64,000 nt of DNA from Candidatus Latescibacterota bacterium. GTDB taxonomy: Bacteria; Latescibacterota; UBA2968; UBA8231. Below the pieces are notes generated by a model. That model did no database searches and was not told where the DNA came from. It saw nothing but the letters and a program-made list of their open reading frames with translations. Numbering within the stretch: the stretch's first letter is position 1; every line of letters starts with the position of its first letter. The DNA lies in the NCBI GenBank assembly GCA_965242865.1, contig CBDETK010000013.1, positions 4,512,001-4,576,000 on the forward strand, in the 5' to 3' direction. A program made the translations under genes and the position numbers. Positions 20,195 to 30,554 of the stretch are shown in pieces.

Positions 20195-21013
20195 TTATAC
20201 GCCGCAAAACGCGGAAAAGCCGCCGTCAATGGGCACGATGGCCCCGGTGACAAACGCGGCGGTGTCCGAAAAGAGCCACAGGGCCGCGCCGACGACTTCA
20301 CGCGGGTCGCCAAAGCGGGCCATGGGGACGTTTTTGAGGATCGTCTGGCCGCGGTCGGTCAGTTCGCCGCTCGTTTCGTCGAGGAGCAGGAAGCGGTTTT
20401 GCGCGGTGATCATAAAGCCGGGGGCCACGGCATTGACGCGGATTTTGGGGGCATAGGTCGCGGCCAGATGCACGGCGAGCCAGCGGGTGAAGCTATCGGC
20501 GGCCGCCTTGCCGTTGGAATACGCCAAAGCCCGCGACAGCGGCAGCCCGCCGCCAATGGAGGTGATGTTGACGACCGCGCCCGCGCCGTTGGCAGCGAAG
20601 ACGCGACCCACGGCCTGCGAGGGCAGGACGGCACTTAGATAGTTGAGGTCCATCACCATCTTGACCGCCTCTGGATCAATGTCGAAGAATTCAAGGTCCG
20701 GGGAGGTGGTGGTATCCTTGTGGCTGCCGCCCGCGCCGTTGAGCAGAAAGTCAACCGTGCCAAAGCACTCAATCGTCTCGGCGAGCGCGGCCTCAACGCT
20801 GTCTTTGTTGACGACGTTGCACTCGACCGGGAGGGCCTTGTTGGGGAAATCGCGGTTGATCGCGTCGGCCTTGGCGCGGGCCGCTTCTGGCGCGATGTCC
20901 CAGATCGCCACTTCTGCGCCCGCTCGGGCAAGGCCACGGGCGATCTCGCCGCCAATGGCCCCGCCGGCCCCGGTCGCTACGGCCTTTTTGCCGCGAAAGT
21001 CAAAGGTAGTCAA
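20195..21013 (-). CDS. SDR family oxidoreductase (D-mannonate/fructuronate reductase-like)
   Basis: [39 protein letters not shown]. Confidence 0.85.
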   Translation of the reverse strand: MTTFDFRGKKAVATGAGGAIGGEIARGLARAGAEVAIWDIAPEAARAKADAINRDFPNKALPVECNVVNKDSVEAALAETIECFGTVDFLLNGAGGSHKDTTTSPDLEFFDIDPEAVKMVMDLNYLSAVLPSQAVGRVFAANGAGAVVNITSIGGGLPLSRALAYSNGKAAADSFTRWLAVHLAATYAPKIRVNAVAPGFMITAQNRFLLLDETSGELTDRGQTILKNVPMARFGDPREVVGAALWLFSDTAAFVTGAIVPIDGGFSAFCGV

Positions 21014-21099
21014 GGGGATGCCTCTCCTTTTGTAAAATCAGAAACTTATTCTATTTAATCGGCCCCCTTTTTGCAATTTCACCTCAGAGGAGACGCAAC

Positions 21100-22182
21100 A
21101 TGGCACAACCGTTGGGCACAGCGTACAAACAGATCGCGGCGACGAGGCCGCGGGGAACGTATCGCGGGGCAGTGGTCGGCTGCGGGCGGATGGGCAGCAC
21201 CATCGACGACGAGCACATTGGGATGCCGCACTATCCTTGGCCGTGGGCACACGCTCCGGCCATGATCGAAGCGCGGGGCATTGAGCTGGTCGGAGCGGCA
21301 GACGTGGACCGGGCCAAGTTGGACGACTTTGCCCGGCGCTGGGGCGTACAAGCCCTGTACGAAGACTACCGCGAGTTGGTCGCTCAAGAGCGGCCCGATG
21401 TGGTCGCGGTGACGACCCGACCCGACGAGCGGGCCGAAGTGGTCATCGGCCTAGCCGAGGCCGGGGTGCGGGCGATTTTTGCCACCAAGCCCATGTGCCG
21501 CACCTTGGCCGAGGCCGATGCCATGATCGCGGCCTGCAAGGCGAGCGGGACTATTCTTTCCATGGCCTGTCATCTCAACTGGTATAGCTGGTACACTCAG
21601 GCGCGTCAGGCCATGGCCGAAGGGGCGATTGGCCGGTTGCGCTCCATGGTCTGCCACAGCCCGCACAGCCTGTCGAATCTGCAAAGCCATACGCTGGCCC
21701 TGTTTCGGCTGTTTGCCGGCGCACCGGCTGAATGGGTGGTGGGCGAGATGGACGACGACGCGCAGGCCGCGGCCGACCGGGATTTGTCCGGCTCGGGCTA
21801 CATTGCCTACGCCAATGGGGTGCGCGGCTTGCTGAACTCCCGCGCCGACCGCTCGGGGCATGGGTGGCGTCTGGAGTTTATCGGCGAGCGCGGGATGATC
21901 GTCTCGCGCAACGCCCACGCGCAATTCGAGCTGTGGGGAGCGCATCCAGCGACCGGCGAGCCGATCCAGCGGCCATTCCCCAACCCGTGGCACCCGCGCT
22001 CGTCCATGGTCGACGCGATTGAAGGCGTCTGTCGGGCGATTGAGGAGGGGGAAGAGCGGATTTGCCCGGGGGAATTTGGGCGCGAAGCCTTGGAGATCGC
22101 CATTGGCTTGCGCGAGTCGCATCGGCAGGGCAACGGGCGAGTGGAACTGCCGCTGGCGAATCGGGCGTTGCGGATGGGCTAA
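21100..22182 (+). CDS. Gfo/Idh/MocA family oxidoreductase
   Basis: VVGCGRMG, PDVVAVTT, AIFATKPM, EALEIAIGLRESH. Confidence 0.85.
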   Translation: MAQPLGTAYKQIAATRPRGTYRGAVVGCGRMGSTIDDEHIGMPHYPWPWAHAPAMIEARGIELVGAADVDRAKLDDFARRWGVQALYEDYRELVAQERPDVVAVTTRPDERAEVVIGLAEAGVRAIFATKPMCRTLAEADAMIAACKASGTILSMACHLNWYSWYTQARQAMAEGAIGRLRSMVCHSPHSLSNLQSHTLALFRLFAGAPAEWVVGEMDDDAQAAADRDLSGSGYIAYANGVRGLLNSRADRSGHGWRLEFIGERGMIVSRNAHAQFELWGAHPATGEPIQRPFPNPWHPRSSMVDAIEGVCRAIEEGEERICPGEFGREALEIAIGLRESHRQGNGRVELPLANRALRMG

Positions 22183-22237
22183 GAAGCGTTCTTAACACTC
22201 GTGTTGCTTTTGGTGCCTCTTGCCTGACGCTCTAGGC

Positions 22238-22268
22238 GTCATTCCCGTGAAAACGGGAATCCAGTCTT
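22238..22268. repeat. Palindromic REP-like element ATTCCC-N8-GGGAAT, copy 2
   Basis: gtcattcccgtgaaaacgggaatccagtctt between convergent genes. Confidence 0.8.
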
Positions 22269-22355
22269 GAAGAATGTAGGATTGGTGATAACCGCCAAGG
22301 CCCCCTGAAGGTCGGTGCTGCCAAGAGGGCTGGAAGTGGCCGGCACTATGTTCGT

Positions 22356-22994
22356 CTAAATGGGGCCTTCTTCGCGTCGCCCGGTGTGCCCGTTGGAGGA
22401 TGCCAAGCGATGGAGCTGACGCCCTGCCTTTAGCTGGGCAAAGTACTCGCAGAGCGCGTGTAGGCGGCCATTTTCGGTCGTCATTTCGAGCAGTTGCTGC
22501 CTAATTCCCAAGTCGAGGCCCTGGGCGATTTGAAAGGCGGTTTGCAGATCTCCCGCTTCGGCCCGGGTCCGGGTCCCTTCCTCGAGCTGCTTCACCAAGT
22601 CTTCTAAGGCCGCAACGGCCTCGGCCAAAAGCACGGGGTCCGTCGGCTCCTCAGCGTCATCTACGTACTCGACCCACGCCTCTAAGTAGGGCTTGTGCTC
22701 GTCAATGCGTGCGATGCGAAAGCGCCGCCCGCCGCGGACGATGATGTTGAGCCGGCCATCGTCGAACTCGTCGAGCACTCGGGCCAACAGCATGGCGCAG
22801 CCCACCTCGCCCTGCACCTCGCAGTCCTGCCCCAGAATCATGCCAATGGGCAAGATCTCGCCGCGCTCGTCAGCCGCCCGCACATCGGCGAGCATGCGCT
22901 GGTAGCGCGGCTCAAATATGTGCAGGGGCACGAGTTGGCCGGGAAAGACGACCACCGGCAGGGGAAAGAGCGGAATCGGATTGCGATCTAACAT
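22356..22994 (-). CDS. LON peptidase substrate-binding (N-terminal) domain protein
   Basis: IPLFPLPVVVFPG..VPLHIFEPRY..ML, DDGRLNI..RG.RRFRI. Confidence 0.88.
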   Translation of the reverse strand: MLDRNPIPLFPLPVVVFPGQLVPLHIFEPRYQRMLADVRAADERGEILPIGMILGQDCEVQGEVGCAMLLARVLDEFDDGRLNIIVRGGRRFRIARIDEHKPYLEAWVEYVDDAEEPTDPVLLAEAVAALEDLVKQLEEGTRTRAEAGDLQTAFQIAQGLDLGIRQQLLEMTTENGRLHALCEYFAQLKAGRQLHRLASSNGHTGRREEGPI

Positions 22995-23061
22995 GGCATT
23001 GCCCAGAGCAAATTAAACCGCCGATACCAGCGAGGGCAAGCGACGCCCCGGCTTTTCGCCC

Positions 23062-23967
23062 TTACTGCAACGCTTCCTGCAATCGCGCAAACAGGCGGTC
23101 TAGTTCGGTGCGCGTTTCCGCATCGAGGACGTAGCTCAGGGGGCCGCGGTGAACTTGGTTGGGAAAGAGGCCGCGCTTGTGCATTAGGTAGCGCTCGATC
23201 ACGATGAAGCCGTCCAAGCCCCCTTGGATTTGCACCGTACACAAGGCGCATATCGGGAAGTAAATCCGGTACGCACGCGCTTCGTCGCCGGCGGCGAGGG
23301 CGCGCCACAACGCGACCGTGCCGTCGAGCAGCTCGACGCCGGGAATGGTCCCGCGAATGCCGCGGCGGAAGGAGTCGATCAGCAGCAAGCCGCCGCTGCC
23401 TTCAAAGATGCCGGCCCGCCCCTCGGTGTGGTCGCGCAGGGCCGAGATGCAAGGCCCCAACGGCGTGGCCTCGGGTTTGAAGAGGACGCGGTCGCCGTAG
23501 TCGCGAAAGAGCGACGCTTGAAATTCAATGCTCATCGGGTTGCCGACGTACGAGCTGGCATCTTGGATCATGACCGGGATGGCCACCTCGGCGAGCAGGG
23601 CGGCAAAGTACGCGCGCAACTCGCTTTCGCTCAAGGAGCGAGAAATCGGCGGAATGGCCATGACCGCGGCCGCGCCGCCGTCTTCGGCCGCCCGGGCGTA
23701 GAGCCGGGCTTGGGCCGTGCCCTCGGCCCCGACGCCGATGATGACCGGGCCGCGCCCGCCGGCAAACTCCACCAACCGGGCCGGCAGCGCGAGCCGCTCG
23801 GCCGCGGTCAGGCGCAACAGGTCGGACACCAAGGCGAGGCAAAATCCGTGGGCCCCGGTTGCAAAAAGATAATCGACCTCGGCGCGTAATACGGCGTAGT
23901 CAATGGCGTGGTCGTCGGTGTACGGCATGTGGACGACCGGCAGAACGTCTTTGATTTGATAGGTCAT
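23062..23967 (-). CDS. Dihydrodipicolinate synthase / N-acetylneuraminate lyase family protein
   Basis: PY.DD.AID, GRGPVIIGVG, AAAVMAIPP, IPVMIQD, FKPE Schiff-base lysine region. Confidence 0.8.
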   Translation of the reverse strand: MTYQIKDVLPVVHMPYTDDHAIDYAVLRAEVDYLFATGAHGFCLALVSDLLRLTAAERLALPARLVEFAGGRGPVIIGVGAEGTAQARLYARAAEDGGAAAVMAIPPISRSLSESELRAYFAALLAEVAIPVMIQDASSYVGNPMSIEFQASLFRDYGDRVLFKPEATPLGPCISALRDHTEGRAGIFEGSGGLLLIDSFRRGIRGTIPGVELLDGTVALWRALAAGDEARAYRIYFPICALCTVQIQGGLDGFIVIERYLMHKRGLFPNQVHRGPLSYVLDAETRTELDRLFARLQEALQ

Positions 23968-24818
23968 CGTGGTTGTCCTCGGCGCCCGCGGCGCAGGATG
24001 GCAAAGAGGTGCTCGGCCGTCTCGTCGTTGGCCGCGGCCAAGAAGTGCCCGAATTTGCGGCGCTGGGTATAGGCCGGGCGGCCGCGGTCCCCGGTGTAGC
24101 AACGCGCCCCGGCCTCTTCGGCAATGAGCGACGGCGGGCCGACGTCATAGACTTCGACTTGGCGCGTCAGATAAGCGCACAGCACCCCCTCGGCGATCTC
24201 GGTGAGGACCAAGGCCGCCCCAATCGGGCTTTCGCGCGGGGCCAACGCCGGGCGGGCGAGGGCCTGATAGGAGCGGGCCTTGGAGGAAATGAAGGCTTGG
24301 TTGGTGCGCGGCTTAGCGGGCAACTGCAGGCGGCGCGGGCGGCCATGGCCCACGCGCACGAACGCACCTTGCCCTTGGAGGGCGGTGAACATTTTGTCCT
24401 CGGAGGGCCGTGCGACCATCGCGGCGAGCATCAGGCCGTCGTGCGCTAAACCCAAAGAGATGTGATACGGAGCGTCGCCTCGCTTGAAGTGCAAGGTGCC
24501 GTCGATGGGATCGAGAATGACTGCGTAGGGCGAGGTATGGCCGGCAAAGCGCTTTTTGAGCGGGGTGCGCTCCTCGGCGATGCAGCGCACAAACGGGAAG
24601 TGCTGGAGCACAGCCGCGAGGAGGATGTCCTGCACGGCCGCGTCGAGGACCGTGAAGGCCGTGGAAGCGGCCTGCGCCTTGCGGCCGGTGAGACCCTGGT
24701 CCGCGGCCTTGCCAATGTCGGCGACTTGGCCGTAGAAAATCAGGGAGGCGCGGGCACACTGGTCGACGACCGGGAGCAGCGCGTCGATAAAGTCGTCGGG
24801 GGCGATGTGTTCGGCCAT
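23964..24818 (-). CDS. Inositol monophosphatase family protein
   Basis: CIAEE, ILDPIDGT.HF, YDVGPPSLIAEEAG. Confidence 0.85.
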   Translation of the reverse strand: MAEHIAPDDFIDALLPVVDQCARASLIFYGQVADIGKAADQGLTGRKAQAASTAFTVLDAAVQDILLAAVLQHFPFVRCIAEERTPLKKRFAGHTSPYAVILDPIDGTLHFKRGDAPYHISLGLAHDGLMLAAMVARPSEDKMFTALQGQGAFVRVGHGRPRRLQLPAKPRTNQAFISSKARSYQALARPALAPRESPIGAALVLTEIAEGVLCAYLTRQVEVYDVGPPSLIAEEAGARCYTGDRGRPAYTQRRKFGHFLAAANDETAEHLFAILRRGRRGQPR

Positions 24819-24830
24819 AGGATTAAAAGG

Positions 24831-24873
24831 AAATAATAAAGCGCCCGGTTCCTCTCGCGAGGAAGCCGGGCGC
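24831..24873 (-). terminator. Probable intrinsic terminator downstream of the xdh-like gene
   Basis: gcgcccggttcctc-tcgc-gaggaagccgggcgc hairpin with an A-rich 5' flank (U-rich on the minus strand). Confidence 0.55.
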
Positions 24874-24899
24874 GAGCGAGCGGGCGGCCCAACGGCTTT

Positions 24900-27209
24900 T
24901 CAGCCGGCCGCCTCCACGAGTTGGTTTTCCTGCAAGGCGGCGACGACCCGGTCGGGACTCATGGGCAACTCGCCCAAGCGGCACCCCAAGGCGTCGTACA
25001 GGGCGTTGGCAATGGCGGCCATCGGCGGCACCAAGGGCACTTCGCCGACGCCGCGGATTCCGTGCGGGCTGGCCGGATTGGGCACTTCGACCAAAATCGT
25101 CTCGATCAAGGGAATGTCAAAGGTGGTCGGCATCCGATAATCGAGGAAGGTCGGGTTGGCCAACTGCCCATCGGCCGTGTAGAAGTAGCCCTCCGACAGC
25201 GCCCAGCCAATCCCCTGCACGGCCCCGCCTTGAATCTGGCCCTCGACATAGGACGGATGAACGGCCTTGCCCACGTCTTGGACCGCGGTGTAGCGCAAAA
25301 TTTTGACCTTGCCGGTGTCTGGATCGACCTCCACATCGACGATGTGAACGGCGAATGCGTTGCCCGGGCCGCTGGCGTTGATCGCTCCCTTGCCGGTGAT
25401 CGGGCCGCCGGTGCTGCCTTGGCTGGCGGCGACCTCCGCAAAGGTGAGCCGCTGCGTGGGATCGGATTTGCAGACAAAGCTACCCTCCTGAAACTCAATG
25501 TCGTCGTCGTCAACCTCTAGCTGCTGCGCCGCGCGCCGGCTCATCTCGGCCTTGACGTCCTCGGCCGCGTTGTAGCAGGCGTGGCCGGTGGCATAGCACA
25601 CGCGGCTGCCGCCGGTGCCGCCGGTAAAGCCAATTGAGCTGGTGTCCGGGATGGAGGGGTTGATGTCTTCGGCCCGCAGCCCCAAGGTCTCGGCGACGAT
25701 CATAGCCATGGCGGCGCGGCTGCCGCCGATGTCAACCGAGCCTTCCGTGAGGTTGATCGTGCCGTTGTCGTTGACGGCAATGGCGGCCGAAGACATGCCG
25801 CCGCCGTTGAACCAAAAGCCCCCGGCCACGCCGCGCCCCCGATAGGGGCCTTTGAGCGGGCTGTGATAGTGCTCCGAGTCCTTGGCGGCCTGCACGGTCT
25901 CTTCGCAGCCGATCTGCCGGTACACCGTGCCGTCGGCGCGGCGCGTCCCCTCTTTGGCCGCGTTCTTGAGCCGCATCTCCAGCGGGTCCATGTCGATCTT
26001 TTCGGCGAGCTCGTCGATGACGCTCTCCGAGGCAAAAGCCGCGTTGGGCGCTCCGGGTGCGCGGTAAGCCGAGGACTTGGGCTTGTTGACGACCACGTCG
26101 TACGCGTCAATGGTGACGTTGGCGATGTTATACGGCGCGAGGATGCACTGCGCTCCGGCCCCCACGGCCGAGCCGGGATAAGCCCCGGCCTCGTAGGCCA
26201 TGTAGCAGTGGGCGGCCGTGATGGTGCCGTCGCTTTTGGCCCCCATCTTGACCTTGATGTACGAGCCGGGGGCCGGGCCAGTCCCCTGAAAGACTTCGGT
26301 GCGGCTCATGATCATTTTGACCGGCTGCCCGGTTTTGTGCGACATAATGGCCGCGGCCGGCTCCATGTAAATGGGGAATTTGCCGCCAAAGCCGCCGCCG
26401 ATTTCGCAGGGAATAACCTTGACCTTGGAGACCGGCACGTTGAGGACTTCCGCCACCTGCGAGCGGATCTCAAACGGCCCCTGCGTGCTCACCCACACGG
26501 TGACGCTGCCGTCTTTTTTCCACCAGACGGTCGTGTTGTGCGGCTCGATGTAGCCTTGGTGAATGGTGGCCGTGTGAAATTCGCGCTCGACGATCGCGTC
26601 GGCTTCGGCCCAGCCCGCTGCGAGGTCGCCCATGGCGTGCTGATTGTGGGAGGCGATATTGCTCTGCTGGCCCGTATCCTCGCCGAGGGCGCGCGTGGTG
26701 CGCTCTTCGTCGAGCAGCGGGGCGTCGGCGCGCATGGCTTCGCGGACATCGACGACCGGCTCCAAGACCTTGTATTCGACCTCGATGAGGTCGAGGGCCT
26801 CTTCGGCGATGTGGGGGCTGACCGCGCAGACCGCTGCGACCGCGTGGCCCGCATAGAGCACCTTGCCCGAGGCCAGCGAGTTTTTGGCGATCTCGCGCAC
26901 GTTGACCATGGTTTCGCCAATGTGCGACAGGTTATCTACGGTCTCGACCAAGTCGTCGGCCGTGGCCACGGCCCGCACTCCGTCGAGCGCGAGGGCCTTG
27001 GCGGTGTCGATCGAGAGAATTTCGGCGTGGGGATGCGGGCTGCGGAGGACTTTGCCGTAGAGCAGGCCCGGCAGGCGCACATCGGCCCCGTACACGGCTG
27101 CGCCCGTGACCTTATCGACGCCGTCGTGGCGGATGGGACGGGTGCCGATGACCTTGTATTTGCCGTCGGCGGTGTAATTGGGATAATCTTTGCTGGAAAA
27201 GGCAGCCAT
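24900..27209 (-). CDS. Xanthine dehydrogenase/CoxL family molybdopterin-binding subunit
   Basis: DKVTG.A.Y..D, LRSPHPHA, HQGYIEPH, GGGFGGK, AYRAPG, VEGQIQGGAVQGIG, GIRGVGE. Confidence 0.92.
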   Translation of the reverse strand: MAAFSSKDYPNYTADGKYKVIGTRPIRHDGVDKVTGAAVYGADVRLPGLLYGKVLRSPHPHAEILSIDTAKALALDGVRAVATADDLVETVDNLSHIGETMVNVREIAKNSLASGKVLYAGHAVAAVCAVSPHIAEEALDLIEVEYKVLEPVVDVREAMRADAPLLDEERTTRALGEDTGQQSNIASHNQHAMGDLAAGWAEADAIVEREFHTATIHQGYIEPHNTTVWWKKDGSVTVWVSTQGPFEIRSQVAEVLNVPVSKVKVIPCEIGGGFGGKFPIYMEPAAAIMSHKTGQPVKMIMSRTEVFQGTGPAPGSYIKVKMGAKSDGTITAAHCYMAYEAGAYPGSAVGAGAQCILAPYNIANVTIDAYDVVVNKPKSSAYRAPGAPNAAFASESVIDELAEKIDMDPLEMRLKNAAKEGTRRADGTVYRQIGCEETVQAAKDSEHYHSPLKGPYRGRGVAGGFWFNGGGMSSAAIAVNDNGTINLTEGSVDIGGSRAAMAMIVAETLGLRAEDINPSIPDTSSIGFTGGTGGSRVCYATGHACYNAAEDVKAEMSRRAAQQLEVDDDDIEFQEGSFVCKSDPTQRLTFAEVAASQGSTGGPITGKGAINASGPGNAFAVHIVDVEVDPDTGKVKILRYTAVQDVGKAVHPSYVEGQIQGGAVQGIGWALSEGYFYTADGQLANPTFLDYRMPTTFDIPLIETILVEVPNPASPHGIRGVGEVPLVPPMAAIANALYDALGCRLGELPMSPDRVVAALQENQLVEAAG

Positions 27210-27298
27210 GAGGCCCTCCTTACATGGATTGAATGTTTTGGGACTTCTAATTCGCCTTAATCTGAGGGCGATACCCTGCGGCGTCAAGTGAACGTTCT

Positions 27299-28003
27299 AT
27301 GACCATTGCTTGGGAAACCCCGTCGAGCTGGCCTCGGCTGAGGGACGATGAAATCCACGTCTGGTGCGTCGAATTGGACGAGGCCGTGGATGCGGCCGCG
27401 CTCGCGGCTTGTCTCAGCGCGGACGAGCGCGCCCGAGCGAGCGGGTTGCCCTCCAGTGCCCATCAGCGGCGCTTTGTGGCAACGCGGGCCACGCTGCGCC
27501 AACTCTTGGGGCACTACCTCGGCCAAGCACCCGGCGCGCTCGTTTTTGCGCACGGCGCACACGGCAAGCCCTTTCTGTTAGAAGGGGGGCTGCATTTCAA
27601 CGTGTCCCATACGCACGGGTTGGCTCTGTACGCGGTGGCATCTGCCTGCGAGGTCGGCGTGGACGTGGAGTGGATGCGGCCCCAAGTCGCGCACGAGCAA
27701 ATTGCGGCGCGCTTCTTTTCGCGAGAAGAGCAAGAGGCACTGGCGCGGGTGCCGGCCGAGGAGCGGCGGGTGGCTTTTTACCATATCTGGACGTGCAAGG
27801 AAGCCTATCTCAAGGCGCGCGGCGACGGTATAGCCGCGGGGCTCGGCTCCTTTGCGGTATCGCTGAAAGCGGAGACACTTTTGCGCTCGGACGAGGGGGC
27901 GTACTGGAAGTTGATCGCTTGGGAACCGGCGGCCGGATACGCGGCGGCGTTGTGCGGGGCTGGCGTGGATTGGCAAATGCGGGGCTGGCACTGGCGGCCT
28001 TAA
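27299..28003 (+). CDS. Sfp-type 4'-phosphopantetheinyl transferase
   Basis: HGKP, FNVSHT, VGVDVE, WTCKEAYLKARG. Confidence 0.92.
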   Translation: MTIAWETPSSWPRLRDDEIHVWCVELDEAVDAAALAACLSADERARASGLPSSAHQRRFVATRATLRQLLGHYLGQAPGALVFAHGAHGKPFLLEGGLHFNVSHTHGLALYAVASACEVGVDVEWMRPQVAHEQIAARFFSREEQEALARVPAEERRVAFYHIWTCKEAYLKARGDGIAAGLGSFAVSLKAETLLRSDEGAYWKLIAWEPAAGYAAALCGAGVDWQMRGWHWRP

Positions 28004-28094
28004 AGCGGCTCGCCTTCGTGAGCGATCTCGTATCCTAGGCGTTAATGCGAAAAGATCGGCAACCTAAGCGGGTGGTTCGTGTACCCTCACCTTC

Positions 28095-29060
28095 TCAATC
28101 CCCTCGCCCGGCCCGGCGTCGCCCGGCTAGGCGGCGGATCAATTCGTCGGCGATGACCCCGGCCAAAATCACCGCCCCGATAATGGCAAATTCGAGTTGG
28201 GTGGGGATGCCGGAGACATTGATGGCATTGTAGAGCAACCGCATGACGGCCGCGCCAATGACGACTCCCAAAATCGATCCCTCGCCGCCGCGCAGGGAAC
28301 AGCCCCCCAACACGGCCGCGGCAATCGCGTACAGCTCGTAGAAATTGCCGTGGGCGGCTGGCTGCACCGAGTTGACGTCGAGGGCAAAGAGGATGCCCCC
28401 CAAGCCAGCCGTGCCCGAGCACAAGACGTAAGCCAAAACCTTCATCCGCTCAATTTGGATGCCGCTGTACCGCGCCGCTGTCTCGTTGCGGCCCAGCGCC
28501 AACAGGTAGCGGCCCCATATCGTGCGGTTGAGGAACAGGGCGGCGAGCGCCCCGGCAAGCACCAAGAGGAAAAACGGAATCGGCAGCGCAAAGCCGCCCA
28601 GGGCGACCTTGCCAATCGCCAGTTGGCGCAGCCCCTCGTAGGACGAGCCAAACCCTTGGACTTGGTCGTGGGTGAGCCAGCGGGCAAAGCCGCGGTAGAA
28701 CAGCAAGCCACACAGCGTGACCACAAACGGCTGCAACCCCAAGCGCGTGATCAGCAAGCCGTGCAGCAAGCCAACGGCCAGCGACAAAACCACCACGGCC
28801 ACCAGCGCTAGGGCCGGCGCGTACCCAGCGGCCAAGAGCATGGGCAACAAACACCCCACCAAGCCGATCAACGAGCCAATCGACAAGTCGATGCCGCCGG
28901 TGATGATGACAAAGGCCACGCCAATGGAAATGATGCCAAACAGCGCGGTCCAGCGGATGATGTTTTGCAGGTTATAGGCGCTGGCAAACTTGGGTTCGAC
29001 GATCCAAGTGACCACAAAAATCGCCACCAACAAGCCGAGAATACCCAGTATCTTCTTCAC
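28095..29060 (-). CDS. Sugar ABC transporter permease (RbsC-like)
   Basis: IITGGIDLSIGS, GRYLLALGRNE.AARYSGI, YELYAIAAAVLGG.SL.GG.G. Confidence 0.92.
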   Translation of the reverse strand: MKKILGILGLLVAIFVVTWIVEPKFASAYNLQNIIRWTALFGIISIGVAFVIITGGIDLSIGSLIGLVGCLLPMLLAAGYAPALALVAVVVLSLAVGLLHGLLITRLGLQPFVVTLCGLLFYRGFARWLTHDQVQGFGSSYEGLRQLAIGKVALGGFALPIPFFLLVLAGALAALFLNRTIWGRYLLALGRNETAARYSGIQIERMKVLAYVLCSGTAGLGGILFALDVNSVQPAAHGNFYELYAIAAAVLGGCSLRGGEGSILGVVIGAAVMRLLYNAINVSGIPTQLEFAIIGAVILAGVIADELIRRLAGRRRAGRGD

Positions 29061-29063
29061 CGG

Positions 29064-30554
29064 TTAAGCCGCCTTCCCGGTCGCCAAGTGCATAATCGCC
29101 TCCTCGCTGAGCGCGTCTCGCTGGAGTTGGCCGGTGATGCGGCCCTCGTGCATGACCAAGACCGCATCGGCCATCCCCAGAATTTCCTCCAACTCGCTCG
29201 ACGCAAACAGCACGGCCACGCCGCTGGCGGCCAACTCTTCCATCAGGCGGTAAATCGCTTGTTTGGCGCCCACGTCAATGCCCCGGGTGGGTTCGTCGAG
29301 CAGCAACACCCGGGGCGCGAGGGCCAGCCACTTGCCCAGCACCACCTTTTGCTGGTTGCCCCCGGATAGGTACTGGACGATTTGGCCCGGGCCGGGGGTG
29401 CGGATGGCGAGGCGCTCTATCATAAGATCCGCGTCCTCAGCTTGGCGGCCAAAGTTGGCCCACCCGGCCAAGCCCCGGTAGCGCCCCAAGCCGGGCAAGC
29501 CAATGTTGTCGCGCAGAGCCATTTCGAGGATTAGGCCCTGTTGTTTGCGGTCTTCGGGCACGAGGGCCAAACCGGCGCGAATGGCGTCGGCGGGCGAGCG
29601 AATCGCGTGCGGGGTGCCGTCGAGGAGCACGCGCCCTCCGAGCGCGGGAACCAAGCCGAAGAGCACCTGCAATAGCTCGGTGCGCCCCGCGCCGACGAGC
29701 CCGGCGAGGCCGACGAGCTGACCGCGCCGCACCGCAAAATTGAGCCGGTGCTCGGGCCACGCCGGCAGGACCAAGTCCTCGGCTTGGAGGGCGATGGCAC
29801 CGGCCGGCTGGGCTTGGTGCGCGTAGTACTGGGCGATGTCGCGGCCCACCATCTTGGTCACCATGGCGTCGTGGCTGATTTCCGCGCGGGCGAGCTCGCC
29901 GGCGTTTTGCCCGTCGCACAGGACCAAGACGCGGTCCGCCAAGGCTTGGACCTCGCCGAGGCGGTGGGAGATATAGACGATGGCCACGCCGCGCTCGCGC
30001 AGTTCGCCGATGACCGCGAACAGGGCTTCGGCCTCTTGGCTGGTGAGGCTGGAGGTCGGCTCGTCCATGATCAGCACCCGCGCTTCGGTCGAAAGGGCCT
30101 TGGCGATTTCGACGAGTTGCTGGTGGCCGATGGGCAAGTCGCCCATCCGAGCGGACGGTGCCACCGCGAGCCCGAGTTGCGCGAGGGCTTGCACGGCCCC
30201 GCGGTGGATGGCGGCGCGGTCGATCAGCCCCCACTGCTGAGGCTCGCGCCCGAGGTAGAGGTTGGCGGCCACCGAGAGGTTGGCGCAAAAGTTGAGTTCT
30301 TGGTGGATCAGGGCAATGCCGAGTGCCGCAGCGCGGCGCGGCGAGTCCATGATCACAGGCTCGCCATCGCGCAAAATCTGGCCGCTATCGGGCGTCTCAA
30401 TGCCGGCGAGAATTTTCATCAGGGTGGATTTGCCGGCCCCGTTTTCCCCGATGACGGCGAGGACTTCGCCGGCCTCCACCGCCATATCCACCGCGTCGAG
30501 CGCGCGGACCCCGGGGAACCGCTTGCTAATGCCGCGTGCGGCCAACAGCGCCAT
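29064..30554 (-). CDS. Sugar ABC transporter ATP-binding protein (RbsA-like, two ABC domains)
   Basis: GENGAGKST, MDEPT, LSGGNQQK, LLDEPTRGIDVGAK. Confidence 0.95.
   Translation of the reverse strand: MALLAARGISKRFPGVRALDAVDMAVEAGEVLAVIGENGAGKSTLMKILAGIETPDSGQILRDGEPVIMDSPRRAAALGIALIHQELNFCANLSVAANLYLGREPQQWGLIDRAAIHRGAVQALAQLGLAVAPSARMGDLPIGHQQLVEIAKALSTEARVLIMDEPTSSLTSQEAEALFAVIGELRERGVAIVYISHRLGEVQALADRVLVLCDGQNAGELARAEISHDAMVTKMVGRDIAQYYAHQAQPAGAIALQAEDLVLPAWPEHRLNFAVRRGQLVGLAGLVGAGRTELLQVLFGLVPALGGRVLLDGTPHAIRSPADAIRAGLALVPEDRKQQGLILEMALRDNIGLPGLGRYRGLAGWANFGRQAEDADLMIERLAIRTPGPGQIVQYLSGGNQQKVVLGKWLALAPRVLLLDEPTRGIDVGAKQAIYRLMEELAASGVAVLFASSELEEILGMADAVLVMHEGRITGQLQRDALSEEAIMHLATGKAA

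Noticed and set aside
25863-27260. 465-aa plus-strand ORF and similar long antisense ORFs
   Set aside because: These are antisense shadows of well-supported high-GC genes.
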